From NCBI RefSeq assembly GCF_036321535.1, contig NC_087462.1, positions 9,734,001 through 9,798,000 on the forward strand: a DNA stretch of 64,000 bases, given 5' to 3'. The number at the start of each line of letters is the position of its first letter. Position 1 is the first letter of the stretch. The position numbers and the translations under genes are program-made. The notes under the pieces are model-generated. The model saw only the letters and a list, made by a program, of their open reading frames with translations. It did not search any database and was not told the origin of the DNA. Positions 47,961 through 60,849 of the stretch are shown piece by piece. Origin of the DNA: Camelus dromedarius (Eukaryota).

Positions 47961-49838
47961 TGAAGAATTTGTATCTCCACATGCAGTGTGTGTGGTTTCC
48001 TGCTGTCTGCGACCCCCTTCAGGGTCGGTGGGGGGTGTGGGGATGCTGCTCCAGGACCCCAAAACATCACCTGCTGTGTCCGCTTCCTGTCTGAGACTGC
48101 ACCCAGCACACAGGAGGCCCTCAATAAATGCTTGCTGCACACATGAGTGAATGACTCGCCTTGTACTCCTGCTCTGGAATTCTTGCAATATAGAAAATAT
48201 CAAATCTGAAAATGATTCCAAAGACAACACATTCCTGCTAGATCTAAAATATAAGAGTCAATGAGGTTGACATGGCCTCCTGCAAGCAGAGTCCTGTTGT
48301 AATGCATTCAGGTCTGAAAGCATAGTCATTACCTAGGCTTTGCAGATAAGGAAACTAAAGCTCAGGAAGGGTCAGTGACTCCCTAGGTGACATAGCAAGC
48401 ATAGGCAGCCCAGCTCCCACCCACTGCTTTATATTACTTCACAGAAATGTTATAGATCCCACTGGTTTTGAACTTCTGGGTCTCTTTTCCGACTTTGGAG
48501 TCATTTTATTTTCAGGTTTCAAAATTTTGGAGGTCTTCTGGGAAAAGTTTGTGGGCCCTGAGCCCTCATCCCAGTACCTGCTGGGGAAAATGACCCTGGG
48601 GAAGAGTATGGAGTGACCCTTCAGCCCCAGGTGGCTTCCTCCTTTGCTGTGTGGCTTTGGGCAAGTCCCTTAACTTCTCTGGGCTTCCCCATCTATAACA
48701 GGAATCAGTTCACTTACTCGTCTATTCACTAGGCATTGACCCAACACACCCAGGCTTTTTTCATCATCACCAAAGTTAAAGTGAATTTTCTGTTTTACAG
48801 GTAAGAAAAAGTCTCAACTTGGAATTACCTCAATTTCCTCACTTGGAGATTGGGGATTAGGGGTAAACATGATATGAGGCACTTGTCCAATTCTTTCGCT
48901 TCTAGAGCCTCCCAAACCCCCGAGACTCGTCGCCCTCTTAGCACCCTTTGCGGGAGCTGGAGGAATGGATTGCATCTTATTTGCATGTTTGGCCCCTCCC
49001 CAAGGACACGCCTCTCCATCCTGCTGCCACGCGGCGCCAGAGCCAAAGCGAAGAGGTTCGTGAGCAGAGCCAGCTCCAGCTCTGGCTCCAAGGCTGGACT
49101 GCTAGGTAGGATATTGCCTTGCCATTTTCCAGAGGAAAGTTAGGAGACTTAGTAACGGGGTCGGGGGGCTGTCCTAGAGTCACACAGCCGGGAAATGGCT
49201 ACAGACCGGAGTTTTTGATTTATGTATTCAGCTGTCTCTCCCGAGAATCCCTGGGGTTCACCAGGGACAGGGAGACTCTTAGCCCTCGCTGGAGGTCCGG
49301 AACCCAGCGCACATCGCACCAAATATTGAAATTCATCCCGTGTAAATCGGCTGAGAGTTCTCAGCACGATCGTTCGCTTTTAGTTTGCATTTTCCCATTT
49401 TGGAACAATTAACCGCCCCACCTCCCCCAGTTTTAGGAATACTTCTAGATACCCTTGAAAAGCTCTCCCTGCTTCACCACCCTGACCCAGAAGGCTCAGA
49501 TACGCCGCTGGAGAACCAGTACCGCCCTGGGCCCGCCGGATCCTGGGGTGGGGGGTCTCACAAAGAAACCTCGGCCACCGACCCCGCCCTAGGTCCAATC
49601 CTCCATCTGCGGGAGGATCAGAACAAACGCCCCCAGGTCCTGCCATGCTTCTCCCTACCCCGATCTTATTACAGCCCCTGCTCCAGCCCCATCCGGGGTT
49701 GGGGGGTGGGGCTCAGAGGACCCTCCCTACTCCCCACCTCTGAGCCTCAGAAGAGCCGGGGTCCGTCCCGGCCCCGCCCTCGCGCTTCTGCTGGGGTTTT
49801 CTTCGCGGAAACCCCAGTCTAGTCTACCCCTCCAGGGG

Positions 49839-50169
49839 TCAGAACAGCCCTTCTGCCCCACCCTCTGCCCCGCCCTCCTGCCCGGGGCCGCCCCGTCTCT
49901 CCCGGCCACGCGCGCCTAGCGCAGCCGGGTCCACGCGGTACTTGCGACGGCGCAGTGGCTCAGTGAGGCTCCGCGGAGCTGGATCGTCCAGGTCCTCTGG
50001 CTGCAGGAAGTTGCGGTCCAGCACCTCAGCCGCCTCCTGCCAGTTGGCGAAGCAGGCAGGGCCCAGGCGCCGGATCTCGTCCGCTGCGTCGAGCGTGAGC
50101 ACATCCCCACCCGGCTTGAGCACGACGACCGCAGGCAGGCGCTCCACGAAGAACTGGCGACTGAGGTCC
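49839..50169 (-). CDS. NXNL1: NXNL1 exon 2 CDS (long, thioredoxin-like RdCVFL)
   Basis: cgcag|DLSRQFFVERLPAVVVLKPGGDVL...GAEGLF*. Total 218 aa. Confidence 0.93.
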
Positions 50170-51161
50170 CTGCGGGACAGGTAGGTCAGTCCAGTAGGAC
50201 CCTCGTCCGTGACCTCAAGCGAAGGAGCACCACACCCTTCCTCTCAGTACTTACTGAGCGCCTCCTGTGTCCACTGTCCCGTGCCGGCCTCTGAAGACGC
50301 CCAGGAACCAGGACAGGCCCGGTCACACTAGCCTCCGCACTGTGCCTCCAATACCCAAGACATGCTTCCACCTCAGGGCCTTTGCACTGACCATGCCCTC
50401 TGCGTGGAGCACTCTCCCCAGACATCTGCGGATTAAGACCCTGTAAGCTGCAGATACCCAACCTCAAATCACAACGTCTCTCTCTCTGCTAATGCTTGGC
50501 TCTCAGCATCCAACACACTGCATAGTTTATTTCTCCTGTTTTTGCCACTTTCTCCCACAATAGAATGTAGCTTTGGGAGGGCACAGTCTTCATTCACTGG
50601 TGTCCCTGCTGCCTGAAACAGTGTCGAGCACAGAGTAGATGCTCAGGGAATATATGTGAGATGAATAAATAAATACTGATAAATTCCATGAAGAAATATT
50701 AAGCTGAGTAAAGGACTCATGGTCAGAGAGGGCCTCTTTAAGGAGGTAATCCTGGAGCTGAGATCTCCAGAATGAGGCAGGTGGGGGAGGGGATGGTGAA
50801 CTGGGGAATTGTTTCCCAGGCAGAGGGGACAGCTGGTGCAAAGGCCCTAGGATGGGAGAGAGATTGGAGTACAGCCTTGATCACGGTAAGGAGTTTTTTA
50901 TTTTGTTTCCTGTATGAGAGGAAGCCAGTGAGAAGCCCTCCACAGCCCCAGGGGTCCCCAGAGCAAATCTCCCATCTTGGCCAGAATCCCACAGTCATCG
51001 TGGAATGAAGCAGCCTGCCAGACTGGGCCGATAGCCCACAGTTCTTAATTTCCACCCACTGGGATCTTGGGTGGTCCTTTTCCAGGCCTCCACTCAGACA
51101 ACACATAGTACTTTCCCAGTCCCACAGGAGTAGGTTGCTGGACTTGGCAAACAGAAATGCA

Positions 51162-51290
51162 GGGGGAAAGGTATAGCTCCGTAGTAGAGCACCAGCTTAT
51201 AGCATACAAGGTCCTGGGTTCAGTCCCCAGTCCCTCCATTAAAAAATAAATAATTAACCCTAATGACATCCTCCACAGAAAATTAAAAAA
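51162..51290 (+). mobile_element. Vic-1-like SINE
   Basis: gtatagctccgtagtagagc...gggttcagtccccag. Confidence 0.82.
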
Positions 51291-51934
51291 ATACAGGACA
51301 CATTGTATAAATTAACTTAAATTTCATATAAACATAATATTTTATAAGTATGTCCCTGAAATATGTGGGACATAACTAAGACTAAAAATTATTCCTTGTT
51401 TACGTGAAATTTACATCTAACTGGTTATCCTGTTAAATATAAAGCTGGCAACCTTTGTTTGGGGAGTGGGTAGAGGGTGGGAACTTGCTCACTCTCTATT
51501 CAGGTACTTGCCTGGGTAAATGTTTTGTTGAAAGGACCGTACCTAAGACAAGGTCAGTGTTTGGCTCTGATGCCCTTGCAGCTGGCTTTTCTGCCCCAGG
51601 GAGGGACATATTGCCAGTTTAGGGGAAAAAAACCCAAAAACCTCCTGCTTCAGAGGTCACAGTGGGAGTTGAACAAGTGTCTGAACTTTGATAATGGATG
51701 GAAATGAAGGTGTCCAAGATCAGAAACTTGGCACTTGTGTAATGAAATTGATGAAATCAGTAACATGTCACAAAGTCTGCAACTGACTTTGACTTATAAA
51801 TGGTTCCACTTGAACGCCCCACTAGTGGAGATACAGCAAATGGCAAAATGTGAACAAGGACCAAGGGTTTCCTTGTCTGCTTCTCCTAACTACTTGGTAT
51901 CTTTGAAATTTTTCATAGTAAAAAGTTGGGATTT

Positions 51935-52085
51935 GGGGGGAGAGTATAGCTCAGTTGTAGAGCACTTGCTTAGCATGCATGAGGTCCTGGGTTCAATCCC
52001 CAGTACCTCTATTAAAATAAATAAGTAAATAAACCTAATTACCACCCCCAAAACAAAACAAAAAACAGAAACAAAACAAAACAAA
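51935..52085 (+). mobile_element. Vic-1-like SINE
   Basis: Full head; aaagttggg on both flanks. Confidence 0.88.
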
Positions 52086-52859
52086 ATTTAATTTTTTTTA
52101 AAGTTGGGGTTTAAAAAGAATTCAATTCTTAATGCAGAAAAGAGAGAAAGTTTGAAAATAGCCACAAACTCTCACACTGTTTATTGGGCAGCTCATTGGA
52201 AAGTTTAAACCCAACCACGTCTCTCTCAGCTCCAGGACTCTCCATGGCTCCCAGCTACTCTGAGGATGACATCCGCACTCATTAAGTGGCATTTAGGGGG
52301 CTGCCGCACATGATCCCTGCTGACTTTGCACTCCTAGAATTACTTACTGTTCCCTGAATTGGCTGTTCTTTCTCTGAAGCCCTCAGAGACTTTGTGCTGT
52401 GTCCTCTGACTGGAAACCCTTCCTTTCCCTTACCCTTCACTCTCCAATCCTCCATGTCCTTGGAGGGGGTCCCTCTTTAAAGCCACTTCCTGGAGGAAGC
52501 TTCCCCTGACCCCCATATCTCAGCAAGGTCTCCTTGTTATATTTCCACATGACATCCTTCCTTTGTCCTCCAAAAGGAAGTCAAACTTGGGCAGTTTGTT
52601 ATTATGTATTTATTTGAGAATTTGAGTCTTTGTTTCAGGTTTATCTCCCCTACTAGGTTGTAAACTTCCAAGCTGGACAGGAATTGTGCACCTAAACCAC
52701 CCCCCTGCCCCATACCCCTCTAGTTCTCAGTCCTGATTGGCACACAGAGGGTGCTCATCAACTTCAGATGGAACAGACACATTAATAAACAAATACTCAC
52801 TTTCAGCAGAAACAGCCCCTCCTCCAGGAAGCCCTCCCTGACCCCTCCTCCTGCCTCAC

Positions 52860-53185
52860 CTCCTCAGGGCATCCTCGAAGGGCAAGAAGAGCCACTTCTC
52901 GGGCATGTCCCTGAGGAACAGATCCTGCTCCTCCTCCGTCGGGTCTTGGGATACATACACCAGGGCCAGCTGGGCTGCTCGCAGCACGTAGAACTCATCT
53001 GTGAGCCGCACAAAGAAGTCCCGGAGGATGGGTGCAAAGGCTTGGCACTTCGGACATGACCCAGCACCAAAGAATAGGAGCACCAGTCGGTTCTCCAGCC
53101 TGCGGCTGAGCTCAGCCTCCGTGTCCAGCTCATCCTGGTCACTGTTGTTTCGGATCAGGACGCGGCCAGAGAACAGGGAAGCCAT
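52860..53185 (-). CDS. NXNL1: NXNL1 exon 1 CDS. Read-through to TGA (52858-52856) gives the 109-aa RdCVF.
   Basis: MASLFSGRVLIRNNSDQDELDTE...GSCPKCQAF...FEDALRR; donor AG|gtgagg; 326 nt; CXXC motif and E64 intact. Confidence 0.96.
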
Positions 53186-53263
53186 GGCAACCCTGGCTGT
53201 GTGCTGGGAACAGGGCAGAAGGACCTCCAGTGACCCTGAGCCTACCGGCTGGCTGCTGTCCCA

Positions 53264-53501
53264 GGATTAGGAATCTTTAGGAGACCAGTTTAGGACTTCA
53301 CTAATCTGCCTAAACCTTGACCTGATTCTTTGCTGCCTTTGAGTGCAGGGCACCAGCTGCCCATGGGTCCTTCTCAGGAGAAGGCTGCAAATGCATAAAA
53401 AAACAAACAAACCAGTTAGACTGACATACTGGTGTGAAAATATTTCATTAAATTGTTATGTAAAAAAATCTGTGCTGCTTCACGAATGCAGTCAGTAATC
53501 C
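53264..53501 (-). promoter_or_regulatory. NXNL1 proximal promoter with CRX/OTX2-type TAATC(C) sites
   Basis: GGATTA at 53264-53269, CTAATC at 53301-53306, TAATCC at 53496-53501. NXNL1 is a photoreceptor gene. Confidence 0.55.
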
Positions 53502-54007
53502 TAAATCACAAGGACTCTACAAATTACTCTAATTACTGTGATTTCTAAGTCGAGATGAGCAGAAATGATATTTCAAGATATCTGCCTGCAGTGACTGGGA
53601 TGTGCTGTGAAATTATCTTTGATTTACATAGGTGACAAAGTCACAGGGCCAATAACTTGCTTTGACAGGCCCTGAGAAAAACATGCTAAATTCCAATGGG
53701 AAGTTAATAAGAATAAACTTTTTTTCTCCACCCTCCTGAATTCTGTGTCTGCACAGCCCACCTTAAGATCCCGTGGTGTGTAAGTGAAAATCATGGTCAC
53801 AATATTTTGCAGCCCCCTCCCATCAAGAGCTGGAAACTGGTTCCCCTCTCCTTGAAGCCAGGCTGGCTCCTAACTTGCCTTGACTGATAGAATGTGCTGG
53901 AAGGTGTGAGTTCCTTATTCTGCAGGATAAGCCTTATGTTAGCCTTCCACTTTCACTCTTTTGGAATGCTGCCTCCATATGCGCCATGGAAGGAAACCGA
54001 TCTAGCT

Positions 54008-54290
54008 CACAGGCTGGCAAACCTTTTATGTAAAGGGCCAGGGAGTAGGTATGTTCGAATTTGTGGGCCATACGGTCTCTGTTGCATCTTCCAATCCTCT
54101 CATTGTGCAAAAGCAGCTCTAGACAATATGTAAATAAATTTCTGTATCTGGGTTCTGATCAAACTTTATTTACAGACACTGAAATTTGAATTTCATAGGA
54201 TTTTCAGGTGTCATGCAATATTAATCTTTTGACTTTTGTGCACCCATTCTTAGCCCCTAGTTAGCAGGATTGGCCTGTGACCCCTGCTCT
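54008..54290 (+). mobile_element. MER58B-like element inserted in an MLT1 LTR
   Basis: caggctggcaaaccttttatgtaaagggcc...aaactttatttacagacactgaaatttgaatttcat. Confidence 0.75.
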
Positions 54291-55394
54291 AGCCTATTGG
54301 TTGACAGGCCACAGGGAAGACAGCTAGATGCCCAGCACCAACTGCCATACATGTGACCTTCCAGCCCAGCCACTGGCGGAATGTAGCAGAGGGACTGGAC
54401 CAGGTGAGACTGAGAGAGGTGATGAGGCAGGCTTGCTGACCCTGGCTGGTTAACACAATAAGGGAAAGAAAGTGCCAGGCTGTTGAAAAACAGGATGCTG
54501 CTTTTATCCCACAGTTGGCTCCTTGGTTCTAAGGACATAGCCCTACAACAAGACATTTTATCTTCTACAACTGCTGCATCAACCCCAAGACCATATCTCA
54601 GTACCTCTTTTTTTGGTTCTCTTTCCCATCAAAGTTTCTGTTTTAGGGCTGCTATCCACGGGAGGAAAGAGCCCATAATAGATGGTGATTGGCATCGCCA
54701 GAATGAAGATAATGATGACAGAGCCTTTCAATAAAAGACCCCATGGCCTGATCAGAAGCTGGAGCTCTCTCGTCTGGCCACCTTAGTTGACAACTCCCTG
54801 CTCAAGCACTTTCTTTCCTTTTCCTCTTTGGAGCAATAAAAACAGCCTTTCTCTTTGTCTCTCTGCCTCTGCTGAGAATGTGCTGAGAGTTCTTTCTCAC
54901 CCCGCGAGCAAAGACCCACACATTTGGTGGGCTTTCCAGCTTGGGGGGTAGTCTCTCTATCCATTAACAAGACCAGCAGAGGGACCACCTCGGCAACCCC
55001 CAGGATCCTGAGAAATAGTTGATTGCTCTTGTATGAAGCCACTCAGTTTGGGTGATTTGTTATGCAGCAGTAGCTAACTGGAACACCGGGTCTTGAGGAC
55101 TTTTCTGGACATAGGAAAATGTGATGGACTCTAAGAGAAACTCACTATTGACTTTAAACAATAAAAAAGGAAACTGCAAAATCCTTTCTCAAGAGTTTAA
55201 TTTACATTCTCAAGCACTGTGAACTGACCCATTCCTGATGTGTCCCCATTTCATTCTGTTTAGAAACAATTTCCTGGTCAAATTTTCCTTATACTGCCAG
55301 AACCCTGGGAAGTCCCAGCCTGTTGTGAATTCAAGAGGTTCCTGAGAGCAAAATGATCTCAACAATGGAGAACTCTTCTATGATGTTTACCAGT

Positions 55395-55853
55395 TGCAAA
55401 AATAAAGGGAAACCTCACCAAAATGGTGTTGAGAGGCCAGAAGGGGGAGCTCTCATGCAGGACCACTCAAGGTCAATTTCAGGAAGAATTGTCAATTACA
55501 GGCCCCAACAGAATCATCAACAGGAAAAAAGCATCAATTACAGGCACCAATAAGAAAAAATGTACATCACATCTTTTATAAGAAATTGACTAACCCAGGA
55601 ACTCAGTCAGTGAGAAACTGTCATCACCCTGAATGCTCACTTTTCTCCAATGGATTTTCCTTCAAAATAATGCCTCCCAACTTCCTTCTTTTTCTCTACA
55701 AAATAATGTTCCTCTCCCCACAACTTTTTTTTGTTGTTGTTGAACCTGCCTATGGTTTTTGCTGTAGCTTACTTGCCCTGAGTTGCAATTCTCTGCTATT
55801 CCCCAACAAACACATTTTTGCTGGTAAAATAACTTCTATTTTTAAGGTCAACA
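55395..55853 (+). mobile_element. Solo MER34-like ERV1 LTR
   Basis: Ends ttgcaattctctgctattccccaacaaac...ggtaaaataact...taaggtcaaca; related to 14386-14882. Start approximate. Confidence 0.7.
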
Positions 55854-56024
55854 GAGGTGCCAGGTTTGTGTTCTCAAAACAGCTCTACAAGGCCTATGTG
55901 ATTTTCTCCCATTTCACAGCTGAAGCACAGAGCCTGGGGGAAGCTGATTTGTGCAGCCAAGCTGCCCACTGAATGATGAGCAGAGCTCATTTCAACTTGA
56001 CCAGACCTTTCAGCTATCTCAGAA

Positions 56025-56233
56025 TTGCCAAACTGTAGCACCCTTGCCATTTGGGGCCAGATCGTTCTTTGTGATGTGGAAGCTGTCCTGAACATGGCGG
56101 GACGTTTAGTAGCATCCCTGGCTTCAACTCACTAGAAGCCAGTAGTACCTCCTCTTTGTAACAACTAAAAATGTCTCCAGGTGTAATCAAGTGTCCATAG
56201 AGGGCAGAATCATCCCCCAGTTGAGAACCACTG
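56025..56233 (-). mobile_element. MER20-like DNA transposon
   Basis: tttagtagcatccctggc...aaaatgtctccagg...gttgagaaccactg. Confidence 0.8.
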
Positions 56234-56249
56234 TTCCAGCTGGTTACCC

Positions 56250-56695
56250 TGCTGTTATTGGGTTGACTGGTGGCCCTTAAAGAGATATATCAAAGTCCTA
56301 ACCCCCCAGAACCAGTGACTGTAAGCATATGTGGAAAAAGGGTCTTCGCAGATGTAATTAAATTAAGGGTTTCAAGATGAGATCATCTTGGATTATCTAG
56401 GCAGGTCCTGACTCCAATGACATGTGTCCGTATAAGAGACAGAAGAGAGGACACAGACACAGGGTGAAGGCAATACGAACATGGAGGCAGAGATTGGAGC
56501 AGCGTGGCCACCAGTCAAGGACTGCCTGGAGACCCCAGAAGCCAGAAGAGGTAAGGAAGCATCCCTGGAACTTCCAGAGGGAAACTTTTATTTCTGACCT
56601 CTGGCTTCAGGAAGAACTGTGAAAGAATACACTTCTGTTATTTTAAGCTACCCACTTTCTGGTACTTTGTTATGCAACCCAGTAAACCAACACCC
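56250..56695 (+). mobile_element. MLT1 (MaLR) LTR
   Basis: gggtcttcgcagatgtaattaaattaagg...gccagaagaggtaaggaag...ggtactttgttatgca. Confidence 0.8.
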
Positions 56696-56883
56696 CTACT
56701 GTGGTGGGCACTCAAACATGGCTGGGAGAAATTGCTCACTCCCACATGGTGCTCATGTCCCCGGTGCTGTGATCTTCCCGTAATTTTATTTCAATGTATG
56801 CTTCATTTTTCTTGTTCTTCCAGAAATTTCTAATGGAAGTTCCAAGAACTCCCTTGGCTATGGCCTTCACAGCCCTGTGGTCA

Positions 56884-57401
56884 TGTTACCCAGTCCAAAC
56901 TCTCCGCTTGCTGCATGACAGGTCAATAAATTGGAAGACGAGGTATTGGGGCAAGGAATAATGACTTTATTCAGAAAGCCAACAGATGAAGAAGATGGGG
57001 GGCTAATGTCCTAGAGAACCATCTCCCCCAAATCAGAATTCAGGCTCCTTTTATATTAAAAATGGGAGGGGGTGTGGTTGGTTGTTGCAAACTTCTTGGT
57101 ATCGGAATCCTTTGTTCTTGCAGCTGTCCCCATAGATCAGGTCATAATGTTCCTGTAAACCTCCAACAAGACAAGTGTTATTCTCTGTTCTGCAACTTTT
57201 TATATCTGTATGAATGGAAAAGTGTTACACCTTCACAGGTCAGAGCCTTGAGAATGGGTTACCCTGTATATTTCAGGCTATAGGCCGCATTCTTTTACAA
57301 AAAGTGCAGACCCAGCATGACTAAGCACCAGAAACAGAGCACACGGTTGGAGCTAAAGGAACAGATCTAATATGGAGTCAGATTTGTTCCTCCCTATTAC
57401 A
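56884..57401 (-). mobile_element. Solo ERV1 LTR (518 bp)
   Basis: tgttacc...tattaca termini, perfect 4-bp TSD GTCA. Confidence 0.85.
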
Positions 57402-58019
57402 GTCACCTGGGGAAGGGAGACACCTATCAGTCTGTGCCTGTTCATTCTCCAGATGAGAAGCCCCTTTGTGCACAGCGTCCCGGGAGGTGGATGATAGCCC
57501 CCAGAGAGCAACCAAGGAGCAGAGGGGAGAGGTGACCCTACCCTGTGAAAGAGGCTCAGATCCTGGTTTGACCTTAAAACCTGAGTTCTGTCCCTCTGTC
57601 CCCTTATCCCAGCCTCAGTTGCCCCTTCTGTGAAATGGGGATAGGACTATTTTTTCATCAGTCATCCAGAATCCCTGGTGATAGTTATGTTTTGGAATTG
57701 GACACTTTTCAGATCTTAGGAAGGTAACTGAGGGTGAAAGCTACCATGTATTGCAAGATGTCCCTGGGGGTGTGGGAAAGCCCTTATGTAAAGGGATAAA
57801 GGCTAAAAAGGGATGATTGAATCACTGAAAACAGCCTGGCTTGGTGCTGGAGAAGTGGTCTGTCCACTGGAGTTCTGGCACTATCCTAAGAAAAAGTTGG
57901 GTTTCCAGAGCCTTCTGGATTTGGGGACTACTGAAGACCCAGAAGAGTATCTCCAGGAGCAGTGGGGAGAGGTGGAAGAGACTGTAACGTGCACTATTTA
58001 GTCAGGGCTCAGTAAACTT

Positions 58020-58390
58020 GGTAAAATGGAGGGAGGAGAGGGAAGAAAGGTGGAGGGGGGAGAAGGGGAGGAGAAGAAGAAAGAGGAAGAGGAAGAACCC
58101 GCAGGGGACAGGGGAGAGAGAAGGGGAAGGGGAGTGGTGGGGAGGAGGGAGGGGAGAGAGAGGGGGAAAGTGGAGGAGGAGTGGGTGGAGGAGGGGAGAG
58201 AAGTAGGGGAAAGGTGAGCAAAGGGGGAAGTGGAGGAAAGTGAGGAGGGGAGGGAGAAACTTGAAGGGGGATGAAGAATGGGGGAGAAGAAGGGAGGAAA
58301 TGGGGGAAGTAGAAGGAATTAGGGCCAGAGGGAGAAGAGGGAAAAGTTTAAGGAAGATTGAAAGGGGAGGAGGAGGGGGAGGAAGGAGAG
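58020..58390. repeat. GA-rich low-complexity tract
   Basis: Almost entirely purine on the plus strand. Confidence 0.85.
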
Positions 58391-58949
58391 CAAGCTTTCA
58401 GCCGGCATCTATGAATGAATGAATCTCAACTCCAGCTAATGACAACTCCAGCCCTCAGTTTCTTTACCTGTAAAATGGGGGGGGGGGGGATCACAACAGT
58501 GCTACCTGGCAGGATAAGAGTGCGGTGTTGTTACAGGGCATTGCTGACTCTGCTAACTCCTGGCTGAGAAAGTAGGGGACCAATGGCTGGCTCTGGGCCT
58601 GTCCTCTGGATCTGCCTCCTCGTCCCCATTTCACCCACCCTAGGCAGCCCGCAGCGACCAATGGGCAGCATCGAGGAAGGTGGGGGTGGGGGCAGTGAGC
58701 GCCTGCCCAGTCCTGTCCTCCAAATAGTGCTGGAAGCACGCCCTGGCCACCTCCCAAGGAGAGTGCTGAGAAGGTCGGCCAAGAATGGCAGAGAACAAGC
58801 AGGGGTGGGGTGGGCAGGGGGTGCAGAGGAGGGGGAGCTTGGAGAGGGGGATCCAAGGCAGAAGCCCACATGGGCACAAAGCCGTCAGAGCAGGTCCCAG
58901 GACTCTTCAGAAACAGAGGCCCCGAGGGGCCCACCTGCTCAGGCTAGGT

Positions 58950-59046
58950 GTGGCGTCCTGTGTCTTGGCCTGGCTGTCCCTGGCCGTCTACTGCCTGAGC
59001 TTCTGGGAGCCCGCGAGGGAGCAGCTAAAGACTGAGGGTGTGGTCT
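58950..59046 (+). other. SLC27A1: Probable SLC27A1 non-coding first exon
   Basis: ctgcctgagcttctgggagccc resembles the recalled mouse Slc27a1 5'UTR; donor gtaagt at 59047. The coding exon has an acceptor 1 nt before its ATG, so an upstream exon is required. Confidence 0.5.
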
Positions 59047-60682
59047 GTAAGTGGCTCCAGGTCAGCCAGGGAACAGGGTGGTGGGTAGCCAGGCCAGCAC
59101 CGGCAGCGCCTGACCAGAAGGAAGTCTTTGGGGTCTCTAGCTGAGCATTTAGGACCCTGGAATGCAAATAAAGGACTCTGTGGAGCTTCCTGTGGAAGGG
59201 TGGGGACCTGGTATGTGGATTTTATCCTCCCTGGGCTCCTGGGATGTTACATTGAGACTTAACTGACAAGATTTGGGGATATAGATTTGGGATTAGCTTG
59301 GTTCTTAAAGTACATCTCTAAGACTGAGGTGAGGGTTAGATCTTTTGGGGCCCATAGCCTGTGAGTTTAGGACTCTCCGGGTCCCTGGAATGTGTTTAAA
59401 ACTGAAAAGGCTTTGGGGATTGGATTTAGAACAAGATGGGGCAAGAATCCAGCACAGGTAGGCCCTGAGTGTGAACTGGGACTTCCTAGTCCCCCGGGGT
59501 AGGGATCTTGGTTGCAGTAATGCTAGGGAAGGTGCACCAAGGAGCGCCCGGGAGCCACGCCTCTGGAAAGGGATGCACGTGTTTTCTAATCGCCAGGCAG
59601 AGAGGGGAGGAGGGAGAGGGGGCGTGGTGAAATTTAGTTGTCATGGAGACAGCGGCTGTCTTCGCCAGAGCGTTCTAGCCCCTGCGTCTCGTTGGCCGTC
59701 GCTCTGACTAGGGGGCCTTCTCTATGTTCATGGCCTCCGGAACGGGGGCCTCGGCTATACGGCCGAAGGACTCTAAGCCAGATCGGTCGGAGGAGAACCT
59801 TCTTGGTAGGGCAGGTGAGGCGGGGTCTAGGGTGCTAGGTGGACCAGAGTGAAGCCGGAGGGTTGTCGCTGGGCCAAAGCCTGAGGGCGGGGCCGGTGGC
59901 TGGGGTGGAACTTGGGCCTGGGAATGCGGGTTAGGCCCAGGACTTGGGGCGAGACTTGAGTTCCTGGGGGCGGGGCCTGATCCAGGGTGGGCGGGGCGTG
60001 TGCTTGTGGGCGGGGCCATAGGCCTAACCTAGGGGCTGAACCTGTTTCAGAGAGGGCGAGGCTCTGGACTGGGAACTTATGTATATGGGCGGGACCGAGG
60101 TGGGGGGGCCTAAACTGGGGGCGGGGCCAAATGAGTGGCGGATGCGGGTAGAGGTGGGATCTGGAGGAAAGCCCAGGACCAGAAAGCTGGATAGGCTTGA
60201 GGATAGGAAGTGGGGGTGGATCCAGGGAACCAAGGACAACAGCTTAGTCATAGCATGGGGGCAGGTCCTAGTCAACTGATTGGGAAGGGCCTGGGTCTGT
60301 GGTGGGGCCAAGGTGGGCACTAGGCTTGGCGGCCAAGTCGTTAGGGTGGAGCTTGGGCCCAGAGTATAGCCGCTAGGTCGAGGCACGGGGCAGGGCTTGA
60401 CGGTGACTGACGGGATGGAAGAGCACTATCTTGGGGCGCGGCCTGTACTCGTGATTGGCAGAAAAGCCTGGGCCGGGTTAGGAGCAAGGCGGCCTGTGTC
60501 CGATTTGGGATGGGAAGGAGCCCTAGCCCGGGGGCGGAGTCTGTCCGAGACATGCCCAATACTAGACATGGGGCGGAGCCTGGCCCGAAGCGGGAGCGGA
60601 GCTTGTCCTGGGGGCGGGGCTGTTCTGTCCGTGGGGCGGGGCCTCGGCTGCCCGCGGCCTCAGCGCTCTCCGCCTCCCCAGG

Positions 60683-60849
60683 ATGCGGACTCCGGGTGCA
60701 GGTTCGGCTTCCATGGCCTCGCTGGTGCTGCTATGGTTGCTCGGGCTGCCGTGGACCTGGAGCACAGCGGCGGCGCTCGGCGTGTACGTTGGCGGCGGCG
60801 GCTGGCGTTTCCTGCGCATCGTCTGCAAAACCGCGAGGCGGGACCTCTT
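60683..60849 (+). CDS. SLC27A1: SLC27A1 (FATP1) first coding exon; gene continues beyond the window
   Basis: cccag|gATG; [55 protein letters not shown](F)|gtgagt; 167 nt. Confidence 0.95.

Noticed and set aside
58583-59144. ORFs with signal-peptide-like or TM-like stretches upstream of SLC27A1
   Set aside because: No recognisable homology. The region is better explained as the promoter and non-coding first exon.
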